Shown: piece after piece, positions 56,279 through 64,000 of the stretch
Layout: each line of letters begins with the position of its first letter
Numbering within the stretch: the stretch's first letter is position 1
Source of the DNA: Candidatus Hadarchaeota archaeon
GTDB lineage: Archaea > Hadarchaeota > Hadarchaeia > Hadarchaeales > JAGGTB01
Length of the DNA: 64,000 nucleotides
Reading direction: 5' to 3'
NCBI GenBank assembly: GCA_964399085.1
Contig: CAYNPN010000003.1
Location: 7,703 to 71,702, forward strand
Translations under genes and position numbers: made by a program
Notes under the pieces: generated by a model
Databases searched by the model: none
Told to the model about the DNA's origin: nothing
What the model saw: only the letters and a program-made list of their open reading frames with translations

Positions 56279-57496
56279 CTAGTAGTTCTCGAGGAAGTCA
56301 ATTTCCTTCTCCTCTAATTCGAGTTCCTCGGATATTTTATCGGCCGATTCTTTGTCGTTTTGAAATATCGTCGACAGGTAGGGCAAGAAGTCCCTAATTG
56401 CGCGGTTGCTGGAGACGTGATATTCTTCCCTGATTTTCCCCGCCAAACCCTCCCGAATTCCCCGCTTCTTCTTGCTCCTGCCATAGGCCTTTCTATAGCT
56501 TGGATATCCAAATCTACCTTTACCCGCTTTACCCTTTCTTGAGGTGGCTACTCCTGCGCTCATTAAGTCCGAGGCATATTTCCACAAGCTGTAGTTTTGA
56601 GTTCTATTTACTCTTCCGAGGAATATGTCAGCCCTTGCCAAATCCTCATAGGCATCGGCTAGGTCGGGGATGTTTCCCATCATCTTCGGAAGATTTTCTT
56701 CGATCCAGTCGATAATGTCGTCGGGGGTTTCATCGAAGTCGAGGACAGCCTCTCTAGCTTCCTTAGCATTTCTAGTTTTCTTCAATTTTCCTAAAACGGA
56801 AAACACGTCTGTTTCTCTGTCGCGTTCCCGCGTCGACATGTCTTCCTTGGTAACCTTTTTCCTCCCTTGGGAGATCGCTTGAAAGTCATTAATCGCCGAT
56901 CTGAGATCTCCGTTCGCTCTATCACCTAGTATCTGAAGTACCTCTTCGTCGGCATCGATTCCCTCTTCCTCAGCTATTTGCCTGAGAACCTTGGCTATAG
57001 AACTTTTCCGGAGCCTTCTGAAATTCACTTTCTTAGATTTTCTCTTGATTCCGCCCGGAATATCGTATTGGTCGTTCCCGATCAAGATTATTGGATTCTG
57101 AGTTTCCTTCAGGAGCTTTGAGATGGCTTTGTTTCCTCCTCTATCGGCCGTTCCATGGACGTTGTCGGCCTCGTCCAGAATTATCAATCTCTTTTGCTTC
57201 TTCCCCGTCAGAGAGCCCATACTGGCGGCAGAGCCCGCAATTCGCTCGATTTCCTTCTTTGTCCGTTTATCGCTGGCGTTGAGTTCTATTTTGTCCCAAC
57301 CCATCTCATCCGCGAGAGCGCTCGCGGTTGCGCTCTTTCCGGTTCCGGGGGGCCCGTAATATAGTAGTGCCTTTTTATCGGGAGTTCCATCTTCCCATTC
57401 TTCGGCCCAATTTCGAGTTTCCTTGATTGCTCTACCCTGAGCTGCGACCTCGTCCAGCTTCTTCGGCCTATATTTATCGGTCCAAGATTCGGTCAT
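56279..57496 (-). CDS. rfcL: Replication factor C large subunit
   Basis: WTDKYRPKKLDEV, GPPGTGKSA, LIILDEADN, basic C-terminal tail. Start taken at MTESW. Confidence 0.85.
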   Translation of the reverse strand: MTESWTDKYRPKKLDEVAAQGRAIKETRNWAEEWEDGTPDKKALLYYGPPGTGKSATASALADEMGWDKIELNASDKRTKKEIERIAGSAASMGSLTGKKQKRLIILDEADNVHGTADRGGNKAISKLLKETQNPIILIGNDQYDIPGGIKRKSKKVNFRRLRKSSIAKVLRQIAEEEGIDADEEVLQILGDRANGDLRSAINDFQAISQGRKKVTKEDMSTRERDRETDVFSVLGKLKKTRNAKEAREAVLDFDETPDDIIDWIEENLPKMMGNIPDLADAYEDLARADIFLGRVNRTQNYSLWKYASDLMSAGVATSRKGKAGKGRFGYPSYRKAYGRSKKKRGIREGLAGKIREEYHVSSNRAIRDFLPYLSTIFQNDKESADKISEELELEEKEIDFLENY

Positions 57497-57616
57497 TGCT
57501 AGACCCCAACTTAATATATCCAAAAGGCAGGCTTATCAGTTTTCGCGCGATTTCGGAGCAGTTATTTTCGAATCTAGTGAATACTTAAAAAGAGAAGACC
57601 GATTAGCTGAATACAA

Positions 57617-58159
57617 ATGGTAGAAAATAGGAAAGAAATCAGCAAGTATATGGCCTATCTCCTGCGCCATGAACCTTCGGGTTTGGACGTATCGAATGAG
57701 GGGTTCGTGGGACTATCCCCTCTCATTGATAAGCTGCGCGATAGATGGCCCGAGATAACGAAGGAAGATATCCGGGAAGTTGTTGAGAGAGATCCGAAGG
57801 GAAGATACGAGATTAAGGAAGGAAAAATTAGAGCGCGATATGGACATTCGATCGATGTTGAGCCCACTCTTAATGAGGCGACCGCGGATGTTCTCTATCA
57901 TGGTACCACATCTCAAGCGACTCAGAACATTTTGGAAGAGGGATTGAAATCGAAAGGGCGTCAGAAGGTTCACCTTTCCGCGACCGTTGAAGATGCGATG
58001 GAAGTGGGAAGGCGCAGAACGAAAAATCCCGTGATTTTGAGGATAGACGTGGGAGAAGCTCAAAGTGAGGGAACTAAAATAGAGAGGGCAAGCGATAAGG
58101 TGTTTGTTGCGGACTATATCCCTTCTAAGTTTATTTCGATAGAGTACGGGGTAGACTAA
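57617..58159 (+). CDS. kptA: RNA 2'-phosphotransferase (Tpt1/KptA)
   Basis: ISKYMAYLLRHEP, IRARYGHS, LYHGT, VHLS. Confidence 0.85.
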   Translation: MVENRKEISKYMAYLLRHEPSGLDVSNEGFVGLSPLIDKLRDRWPEITKEDIREVVERDPKGRYEIKEGKIRARYGHSIDVEPTLNEATADVLYHGTTSQATQNILEEGLKSKGRQKVHLSATVEDAMEVGRRRTKNPVILRIDVGEAQSEGTKIERASDKVFVADYIPSKFISIEYGVD

Positions 58160-58203
58160 AGTTTTCCTTAAGGAGGATTTGAGATTTTTGAGAAGATTCT
58201 AAA

Positions 58204-58395
58204 TTATTCTTCTTTCCAGGATATAGCATCGACAGGACATCCATCTATCGCCTGTTGTATTGTTTCTTCATCAGCGCCTTCAGGATCCTTAACTGATGAT
58301 TTTCCATCATCTCCTATTTCGAAAACTTCTGGAGCTATTCCTACACAGACCATATGCCCCTGACAAGTATCCTTATCTACTACAGGTTCCTTCAT
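58204..58395 (-). CDS. Small ferredoxin
   Basis: 63 aa. CQGHMVC...CP cluster ligands in a single-cluster ferredoxin layout. Confidence 0.65.
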   Translation of the reverse strand: MKEPVVDKDTCQGHMVCVGIAPEVFEIGDDGKSSVKDPEGADEETIQQAIDGCPVDAISWKEE

Positions 58396-58563
58396 AATTC
58401 GACCTCCTTGTTTTCACTTTCCTCTTAATAAATATTTAGTTCTTGCCCATTTGAGGCCATATAGAATTTCTGAAGAACGATATTAACTATCGTTATCGAG
58501 GAAGATTTAATTGAGTGCTTGTACAATCTTTAAATAGATATATTAAAGTGGAGGTGAGATTTT

Positions 58564-58947
58564 TTGACTGACCATTCTTGCAAGGACGATCTATTTTGTG
58601 GAGTGAATGTCCCTTCCACAGAGGATGTGGATGAGATGACAGCTTTGGAGAAGAAACATGCTGTGATAATCGATGCTCCGGATGAAGTTGAAGAAAACGA
58701 GCCCTTTGAAGTTGAAGTTAGAGTAGGGGAGTACAAAGAGCATCCCAATGAGCCGGGCCACTTCATAGAGTGGATGGAGCTCTATTCCGGGGATACTTTC
58801 TTAGCTCGTCTCGATTTGACTCCGGAAAAGAGCCACTACGTAATGAAAACCACTGTAAAACTGGATCACGCCCATCCGCTAAAGGCTTGGGCAAAATGTA
58901 ATCTGCATGGACTTTGGGAAGGAATGAAGGACATTGAGGTTAAATAA
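58564..58947 (+). CDS. Superoxide reductase (neelaredoxin/desulfoferrodoxin family)
   Basis: EKKHAVII, HPNEPGHFIEW, CNLHGLW iron ligands. Confidence 0.85.
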   Translation: MTDHSCKDDLFCGVNVPSTEDVDEMTALEKKHAVIIDAPDEVEENEPFEVEVRVGEYKEHPNEPGHFIEWMELYSGDTFLARLDLTPEKSHYVMKTTVKLDHAHPLKAWAKCNLHGLWEGMKDIEVK

Positions 58948-59043
58948 AAACCTCTCTTCTCTATTTTTATCAATCTCTTCTTCAGAAAAAGAATAAAAAA
59001 GAAAGATGTCGGCCTCACTAAGGTTACCTTTTAGAACATTGAG

Positions 59044-61317
59044 TTAGTAGTAAGCTTTCATCTCTTCTTTAGCTCGCTCCCCGATTTCCTTGCCGTACTT
59101 TTTCCCGAATTCTTCGTAAGTGTTGACTATGTCGTCGGTTATTGATGGACCCACTGACTTTAGAGCTTCTTCGAAGTGCTCATTCTTAATTTCATTTGTT
59201 TCGATATCTTCTCTCAGCGCCAGCATACCAGCTTCCTTGCACACAGCTGCAATATCAGCTCCACTGTATCCTTCTGTTTTGGCTGCAAGATCTTCCAGAT
59301 TGACGTCGTCCGACAATGGTGACTCTCGAGTGTGGATTTTGAAAATTTCTTCTCTGGCTTCCCCATCCGGTGCTGGTACCATCATAACACGGTCAAATCG
59401 GCCCGGTCTCAGGAGAGCCGGATCGACTAAGTCAGGCCTGTTTGTGGCTCCAATTACTACCACGTTTTCTAGCTTTTCCAGCCCGTCGATTTCCGTGAGA
59501 AGTTGGCTTATCACCCTTTCTCCTACTTGGGATCCTGAATCTCTTCTTCCTCTTTTCGGAACCATCGCGTCGATTTCGTCGAAGAAAATCACTGCCGGGG
59601 CCGCTTGTCGGGCTTTCTTGAAGGTTTCTCTTACTGCCTTTTCGGATTCACCGACCCACTTTGATAGGAGTTCAGGTCCTTTGATGGAAACGAAGTTCGA
59701 GTCGCTCTCCGTGGCTACTGCTCGAGCTAACATAGTTTTACCGGTTCCTGGAGGACCGTGAAGCATTATGCCGTGAGGTGGTTCTATTCCCAAATTTTCA
59801 AAGGCTTCGGGAGTCTTTAAGGGCCACTCAACGGCTTCCCTCAACTGCTGCTTGGAGTCTTCCAAACCTCCGATGTCGTCCCAGTGCGTATCGGGTACCT
59901 GAACCAGGACTTCCCGCATTGCTGAAGGTTCTACCTGTCCTCTTGCGCCACGGAAGTCATCTTTCGTGACTTCTAGTTTTTCCAGAGTTTCGGAGGGGAT
60001 TCTTTCTTCATCCAATTCGATTTCAGGTAGTATTTTTCTGAGTGAATTCATCGCTGCTTCTCTGGCGAGTGCGGCTAGGTCAGCGCCTACATATCCGTGG
60101 GTGTTATCGGCGAGTTCTTCCATGTCGACGTCCTCACCCATGGGCATTCCTCGAGTGTGAATCTGCAAGATTTCCTTCCTTCCGTCTCTATCGGGAACTC
60201 CTATTTCGATTTCTCTGTCAAATCTTCCCGGCCGACGCAGCGCTGGATCAACGGCATCTACACGGTTAGTTGCTGCAATGACGATTATCTTTCCACGGGC
60301 TTCTAGCCCGTCCATCAGGGATAGGAGCTGAGAAACTACACGCTGTTCGACGTCTCCTGAAACTTCCTCTCGTTTGGATGCGATTGCATCGAGTTCATCT
60401 ATGAATATTATAGAGGGTGCATTTTTCTTCGCTTCTTCGAAAATATTTCTCAACTTCTTTTCTGATTCTCCGTAGAACTTCGACATAATCTCCGGCCCGG
60501 CAATGGACTGGAAGTGTGCATCTGACTCATTTGCTACGGCTTTTGCCGTCAGAGTCTTACCCGTTCCGGGCGGTCCATGAAGTAGAACTCCTTTCGGTGG
60601 TTCAATTCCGAGCCTATCGAAAAGCTCCGGATGTCTGAGAGGAAGCTCCACCATCTCTCGAACTCGTTGAATCTCTTTGTTTAGCCCTCCGATGTCTTCG
60701 TAGGTTATAGCTGGGGCAGAGGCTTCTTCTATGTCAGCGGCCTGTGAAGAGACGTTCAGATTTGTGCCTTTTGTGACTAGGACTATATCATCAGGTTCGG
60801 CATTTGTAACTACGAATCTTAATTCACCTAGTCCAAAAGACGATGAAGGTGTCATTTCCTGAAACATTCCACCAAAGATTTGCGAGAAGATGTCACCTTG
60901 GAGTCCTGTGGGGGAAATGATATCTCCCTTTGAAGCCGGTCTTCCAATTAGACTCCGTTTAAGCGCACGCCCACCACCACGAATTTGGATATTTTGATCG
61001 GTGGGAGCAATAGTAATTCTTTCGGCTTCTTTCACGTCTGCCTCACGGACTTCGACTTTTTCACCAATAGAGGTACCAGTGTTACGGCGTTCCAGACCGT
61101 CGAGCCTTATTATATCCAGACCCTCGTCTTCTCTATAGCTCGATCTAACGATAGCAGCCGATTTTTTAGTGCCCTCTACTTCGATGATGTCTCCTTGTTT
61201 TACTCCTAGTTCCTTCATGGCTTCCCTGCTAATTCTTGCAACACTTCTGCCGACATCTTGTTGTCTACGTGCTTCTGCAACTGTCAATTCGATTTCTTTT
61301 TTTCCTTCGGTTGGCAA
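59044..61317 (-). CDS. cdc48: CDC48/VAT AAA+ ATPase
   Basis: N-domain, then two AAA modules (GPPGTGKT twice, IIFIDELD / [11 protein letters not shown] regions). Confidence 0.92.
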   Translation of the reverse strand: MPTEGKKEIELTVAEARRQQDVGRSVARISREAMKELGVKQGDIIEVEGTKKSAAIVRSSYREDEGLDIIRLDGLERRNTGTSIGEKVEVREADVKEAERITIAPTDQNIQIRGGGRALKRSLIGRPASKGDIISPTGLQGDIFSQIFGGMFQEMTPSSSFGLGELRFVVTNAEPDDIVLVTKGTNLNVSSQAADIEEASAPAITYEDIGGLNKEIQRVREMVELPLRHPELFDRLGIEPPKGVLLHGPPGTGKTLTAKAVANESDAHFQSIAGPEIMSKFYGESEKKLRNIFEEAKKNAPSIIFIDELDAIASKREEVSGDVEQRVVSQLLSLMDGLEARGKIIVIAATNRVDAVDPALRRPGRFDREIEIGVPDRDGRKEILQIHTRGMPMGEDVDMEELADNTHGYVGADLAALAREAAMNSLRKILPEIELDEERIPSETLEKLEVTKDDFRGARGQVEPSAMREVLVQVPDTHWDDIGGLEDSKQQLREAVEWPLKTPEAFENLGIEPPHGIMLHGPPGTGKTMLARAVATESDSNFVSIKGPELLSKWVGESEKAVRETFKKARQAAPAVIFFDEIDAMVPKRGRRDSGSQVGERVISQLLTEIDGLEKLENVVVIGATNRPDLVDPALLRPGRFDRVMMVPAPDGEAREEIFKIHTRESPLSDDVNLEDLAAKTEGYSGADIAAVCKEAGMLALREDIETNEIKNEHFEEALKSVGPSITDDIVNTYEEFGKKYGKEIGERAKEEMKAYY

Positions 61318-61364
61318 TATTTCTCACCAAGATAAGATATATTTTTAATAACCTTATAAAGTTT

Positions 61365-61382
61365 TTGTTGTATATACAACAA
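61365..61382. promoter_or_regulatory. Perfect 18 bp palindrome with a TATA core upstream of cdc48
   Basis: TTGTTGTATATACAACAA, 48-65 nt upstream of the cdc48 start. Confidence 0.4.
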
Positions 61383-61386
61383 ATAT

Positions 61387-61659
61387 CTACTTTTCTCTTT
61401 TTACCACGAATTTTTTCCACTTCAGATGTGAATCATATTTTTTGAATATCCTTTCTACCTTTTTGGCGTGATCCTTGTCAATTAACAAGGCGCTCCGGTT
61501 CACGAAGTCCCAAACGTCTTTAGGTATTTCGTCTAAGATTCCATCCGTGTGTTTTTTCCCCGATTTAGTCTTATAATCATAACCCCGAAGCTCCCTATAG
61601 AATAAAGTTGCTTTCGATCCTTTCGTCTTTATGTCCCATAGTAGAAGTACCCTTTCCAT
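61387..61659 (-). CDS. Small lysine-rich hypothetical protein (possibly nucleic-acid binding)
   Basis: MERVLLLWDIKTKGSKATLFYRELRGYDYK.. is 90 aa. Start taken at MERV because the upstream part of the track ORF is encoded by promoter-like repeats. Confidence 0.5.
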   Translation of the reverse strand: MERVLLLWDIKTKGSKATLFYRELRGYDYKTKSGKKHTDGILDEIPKDVWDFVNRSALLIDKDHAKKVERIFKKYDSHLKWKKFVVKREK

Positions 61660-61670
61660 TTTTCTGTTAA

Positions 61671-61688
61671 TTGTTGTATATATAACAA
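61671..61688. promoter_or_regulatory. 18-mer TTGTTGTATATATAACAA, copy 1
   Basis: 12-29 nt upstream of the MERV start codon (minus strand). TATA-like core. Confidence 0.4.
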
Positions 61689-61707
61689 GATTTAAAAATT
61701 TCCCCGG

Positions 61708-61725
61708 TTGTTGTATATATAACAA
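61708..61725. promoter_or_regulatory. 18-mer TTGTTGTATATATAACAA, copy 2 (identical)
   Basis: Lies just upstream of the left end of element D on the plus strand. Confidence 0.4.
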
Positions 61726-61730
61726 TTAAC

Positions 61731-62128
61731 CTTTTTATCGAGAAGTCTCCTTCCCAATTTTGATCGGGTAGGTGATGAATCGATACTTTTTTTGTTGATA
61801 ATGGATATTTTGGAAGGTAGAGAGGTTCCGAGTCTATATGCCGAGTTCGAACAGCCGAGTGTTCGAGCGTCAGGCTCTTCCGCAATAGATACGTGGGAGG
61901 GTTCGGAACGGGGTTCCAGTGACCGAACCCATAACTCGGGCGGAAGATAGTTACGGACAGATAGTAGTGGATGTCCCGAAAAGCAGTGCAAGTCCCGGGA
62001 ACCTGCAAGGAGTGGCGAACCGTGTTCGCCTGAGAGACCGCCGTGTAGCGGGGCACTAATCTCGGATGTCGGTCTCGTGAATGGGTGGAAGCACCTTCCA
62101 AATGAAATTTGGTGGGTGAGGAGGTCAC
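61731..62128 (+). ncRNA. Element D: TnpB-less IS200/IS605-type element; candidate stand-alone omega-RNA-like structured RNA
   Basis: GAGAAGTCTCCTTCC, hairpin cccaat-tttg-atcggg, then TAGGTGATGAATCG. At the 3' end, GTGAATGGGTGGAAGCACCTTCC, hairpin ccaaat-gaa-atttgg, then TGGGTGAGGAGGTCAC. Interior stem ttcgaac/gttcgag (61856-61877). Confidence 0.6.
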
Positions 62129-62175
62129 CAAACCACATTCTTAAATCTAGATTTGCTCAAATCACTTATTGAGAA

Positions 62176-62598
62176 ATGAATGATCTGAAGAGAGCCCAAC
62201 TAGTATTGGAAAAAAAGGACCTGAATCTTGCTATAGTAAGGGACGGAGAGCTGATTTTCGAGTCAAAAGCCCCTGGTGTGGAAGGCCTCCTCAAGGCCGA
62301 AGGGGAACTTGGAGGTGAGGTTAGAGGCTCCTCACTAGGTGATAGAGTTGTTGGACGAGCGGCTGCTTTGATTAGCGTTTATATGAAAATGAGAGCCGTT
62401 TTTGGAAAAATAATGAGTGAGGGAGCAATTGGCTTGTTGGGAAGTTATGACATCAATCAAGAGTACGACGAGAAAGTCCCCTTTATAGAGAACGAAGATG
62501 GAGAACCTTGCTCATTTGAGAAGTTAGTCGAGGATCATGAAGATCCGGAGATAGCATTTAAAGAGATAAAATCCCACGTCCAAAAATCCCGATTCTAA
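62176..62598 (+). CDS. DUF1893-like protein
   Basis: LNLAIVRDGELIFESKAPGVEGLLKA..VVGRAAALI.. pattern. 140 aa. Confidence 0.5.
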   Translation: MNDLKRAQLVLEKKDLNLAIVRDGELIFESKAPGVEGLLKAEGELGGEVRGSSLGDRVVGRAAALISVYMKMRAVFGKIMSEGAIGLLGSYDINQEYDEKVPFIENEDGEPCSFEKLVEDHEDPEIAFKEIKSHVQKSRF

Positions 62599-62727
62599 TA
62601 AATTTTCCAATTATTTCCACAGGATTTCTAATTTTTACTTTAAATATACTCTCGATACAAAGGTGAATTGGGCCGAGATTTTTAGAAACCCTCAAACTCG
62701 ACAAATTTAGACTCGTAGGGGAGACTT

Positions 62728-63351
62728 TTGAGAAAAAAGCGAATGCTCCTGATTTTATTGGCCGCCGCTTCAGTTATTGTCCTATTCGTCGTAACGCAAA
62801 GCGTTTCTAGATCATCTCCCGAAAAACAGAACCCGAATTATGAAGCGATAGCTAGAATAAAGGAGTGGATCGATGGCGATACGATTAGGGTAGAGATTTT
62901 GCGAGTCCCTGATCCTCACAGGGGCATTCAGGTAGCCAACGATAAAGTAAGGTTGGCCGGTATAGACACCGAAGAGACAACTCGAAAGGAGGCCGCTAAG
63001 GAACACAGCGAAGTTGAAAATATGAGCCAACAGGAGTACGAAAAGACGAATTATTACGAAAGAGCCATTGAAGCGAAGGAATTCGTCAAGTCACTAGCTC
63101 CCTCAGGAAGTAAAATTTATCTAGATATTGACGACCTCGCTTATGGCAAGGACCCATATCGAGGATATTACGGCCGCATTATAGCCCTAGTCTACGTAAA
63201 AGATGAGAGTGGATGGACGAATCTAAATGCCAAGCTTTTGAGAAAAGGCCGTTCGACAAAGTCCCGAAAAAAATTAGCTTCTATTACTCCCCAATACGAT
63301 TCCGAGTTTAAACCAGAAACTTGGCTTTCGGAGGACTACTCCTATAGTTGA
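62728..63351 (+). CDS. Membrane-anchored staphylococcal (thermo)nuclease homolog
   Basis: N-terminal TM helix, then IDGDTIRV..VRLAGIDTEET..YGRIIALVYV.. SNase-like motifs. Confidence 0.7.
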   Translation: MRKKRMLLILLAAASVIVLFVVTQSVSRSSPEKQNPNYEAIARIKEWIDGDTIRVEILRVPDPHRGIQVANDKVRLAGIDTEETTRKEAAKEHSEVENMSQQEYEKTNYYERAIEAKEFVKSLAPSGSKIYLDIDDLAYGKDPYRGYYGRIIALVYVKDESGWTNLNAKLLRKGRSTKSRKKLASITPQYDSEFKPETWLSEDYSYS

Positions 63352-63421
63352 GGAATATTGTGAGTCTTCGACCCCTAGAAAATTACTTAAACTATTCTTT
63401 TTTCCTTATAAGAGGGAGAAA

Positions 63422-63808
63422 ATGACGAAGAAAGATGAGTGGACCAAGGAGAAATTTTTAGAAAGTGTAGAAGACGTAAATCCGGAGATATTGGAAATTC
63501 AGGAGAAGATTTATGATACTATTGAGGAGAGTAAGGAAATCGAGATAGACGGAGGAGAGGCTACTTACAGTTTCATGTTGCCTTCAACGGACAAAAAAGC
63601 AAGAATGGGGATACCAGCGGACGGGAGGATAATGATAGGTTTATCTGAGTTGTCCGAAGAGGAGCGGAGGGAATTGTCTTCGAGATTTTCCAATAAATTG
63701 AATGTAAATATAGATTCGGATAAGAAATGGTCAAAAGTTCTCCAGTTGGGCGAAGATCTGAAGGAAGAAGACATCGAAAGTTTTCTGAAAATTATCCTAG
63801 GCGAGTAA
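63422..63808 (+). CDS. Hypothetical acidic protein
   Basis: 128 aa ORF preceded by gagggag 6 nt upstream of the ATG. Confidence 0.45.
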   Translation: MTKKDEWTKEKFLESVEDVNPEILEIQEKIYDTIEESKEIEIDGGEATYSFMLPSTDKKARMGIPADGRIMIGLSELSEEERRELSSRFSNKLNVNIDSDKKWSKVLQLGEDLKEEDIESFLKIILGE

Positions 63809-63958
63809 ATCTGATAAGTTAATTGTATAGTAGATTGAATTCTTCGATTCGACATTTATAAATCAATCTTTTTTCTGTTTCAATTAACTTTACTTTCACT
63901 CACCCCTCCCCTCTTTCCTTAAAAAAGCTGGATAACCTTCAAAAATGGAGGTTGAAGA

Positions 63959-64000
63959 ATGATTCCAATAGCAGATGATTCTATTTCTCTTTCTGATCAA
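63959..64000 (+). CDS. 5' end of an unidentified gene (runs off the window)
   Basis: ggaggt Shine-Dalgarno-like site 8 nt upstream of the ATG. Only 14 codons are visible. Confidence 0.2.
   Translation, partial: MIPIADDSISLSDQ

Noticed and set aside
1-64000. Looked for CRISPR arrays, rRNA genes and cas-like or defence gene clusters.
   Set aside because: No array of regularly spaced direct repeats was seen. The only short exact repeats are the 18-mers at 61671/61708 and the promoter-like motifs at 28334/29118. No rRNA-like conserved blocks and no recognisable cas, restriction-modification or toxin-antitoxin gene pairs were identified by eye.

Overview
This looks like an archaeal chromosomal segment. 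It is moderately AT-rich and its predicted proteins are strongly acidic. Archaeal markers include aEF-1beta, RFC large subunit, CDC48/VAT, a TIP49/RuvB-like ATPase, Tpt1/KptA and intron-bearing tRNAs. Gene order from left to right: (1) the 3' end of an acyl-CoA ligase gene; (2) a K+ homeostasis cluster (trkH, trkA, a frameshifted trkA paralog, an SLC13 permease with RCK-C domains, an MthK-like channel) interrupted by a DDE insertion sequence; (3) decayed gene fragments and an intron-containing tRNA; (4) B3/4-domain and HAD genes; (5) a 3-gene operon of N-terminally anchored pilin-like proteins; (6) a tnpB-only IS200/IS605 element; (7) TetR plus an ABC-2 exporter; (8) 5'-nucleotidase, ZIP, rhodanese-ABM and YeeE/YedE sulfur genes; (9) zinc-ribbon membrane protein paralogs; (10) a membrane-anchored serpin; (11) split integrase-like ORFs beside a tRNA-Phe with a non-canonical D-arm intron, and a free-standing LAGLIDADG gene; (12) TIP49, DUF998, DUF72, CopB ATPase, TatD, tRNA-Arg, aEF-1beta; (13) a compact hisC-G-A-B-F-D-E-I operon preceded by a PHP phosphatase; (14) a B12/radical-SAM gene; (15) a molybdenum-cofactor operon (moaC-moaB-moeA-moeA-mobB-moaA); (16) rfcL, kptA, ferredoxin, superoxide reductase, cdc48, and a nuclease. 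The most unusual signal is a four-member family of plus-strand elements with IS200/IS605-style hairpin ends. One copy (15911-17168) carries tnpB, whose RuvC-II glutamate position reads glycine. The other three (5491-5876, 50482-50897, 61731-62128) have no ORF and are GC-rich, ~390-415 nt long. They share the conserved 5' and 3' modules and show compensatory stem changes in their interiors. I interpret them as stand-alone omega-RNA-like structured RNA modules. All four sit in divergent promoter regions. No CRISPR array, rRNA or tnpA gene was seen. All calls come from reading the sequence and the ORF translations by eye; no database search was run.
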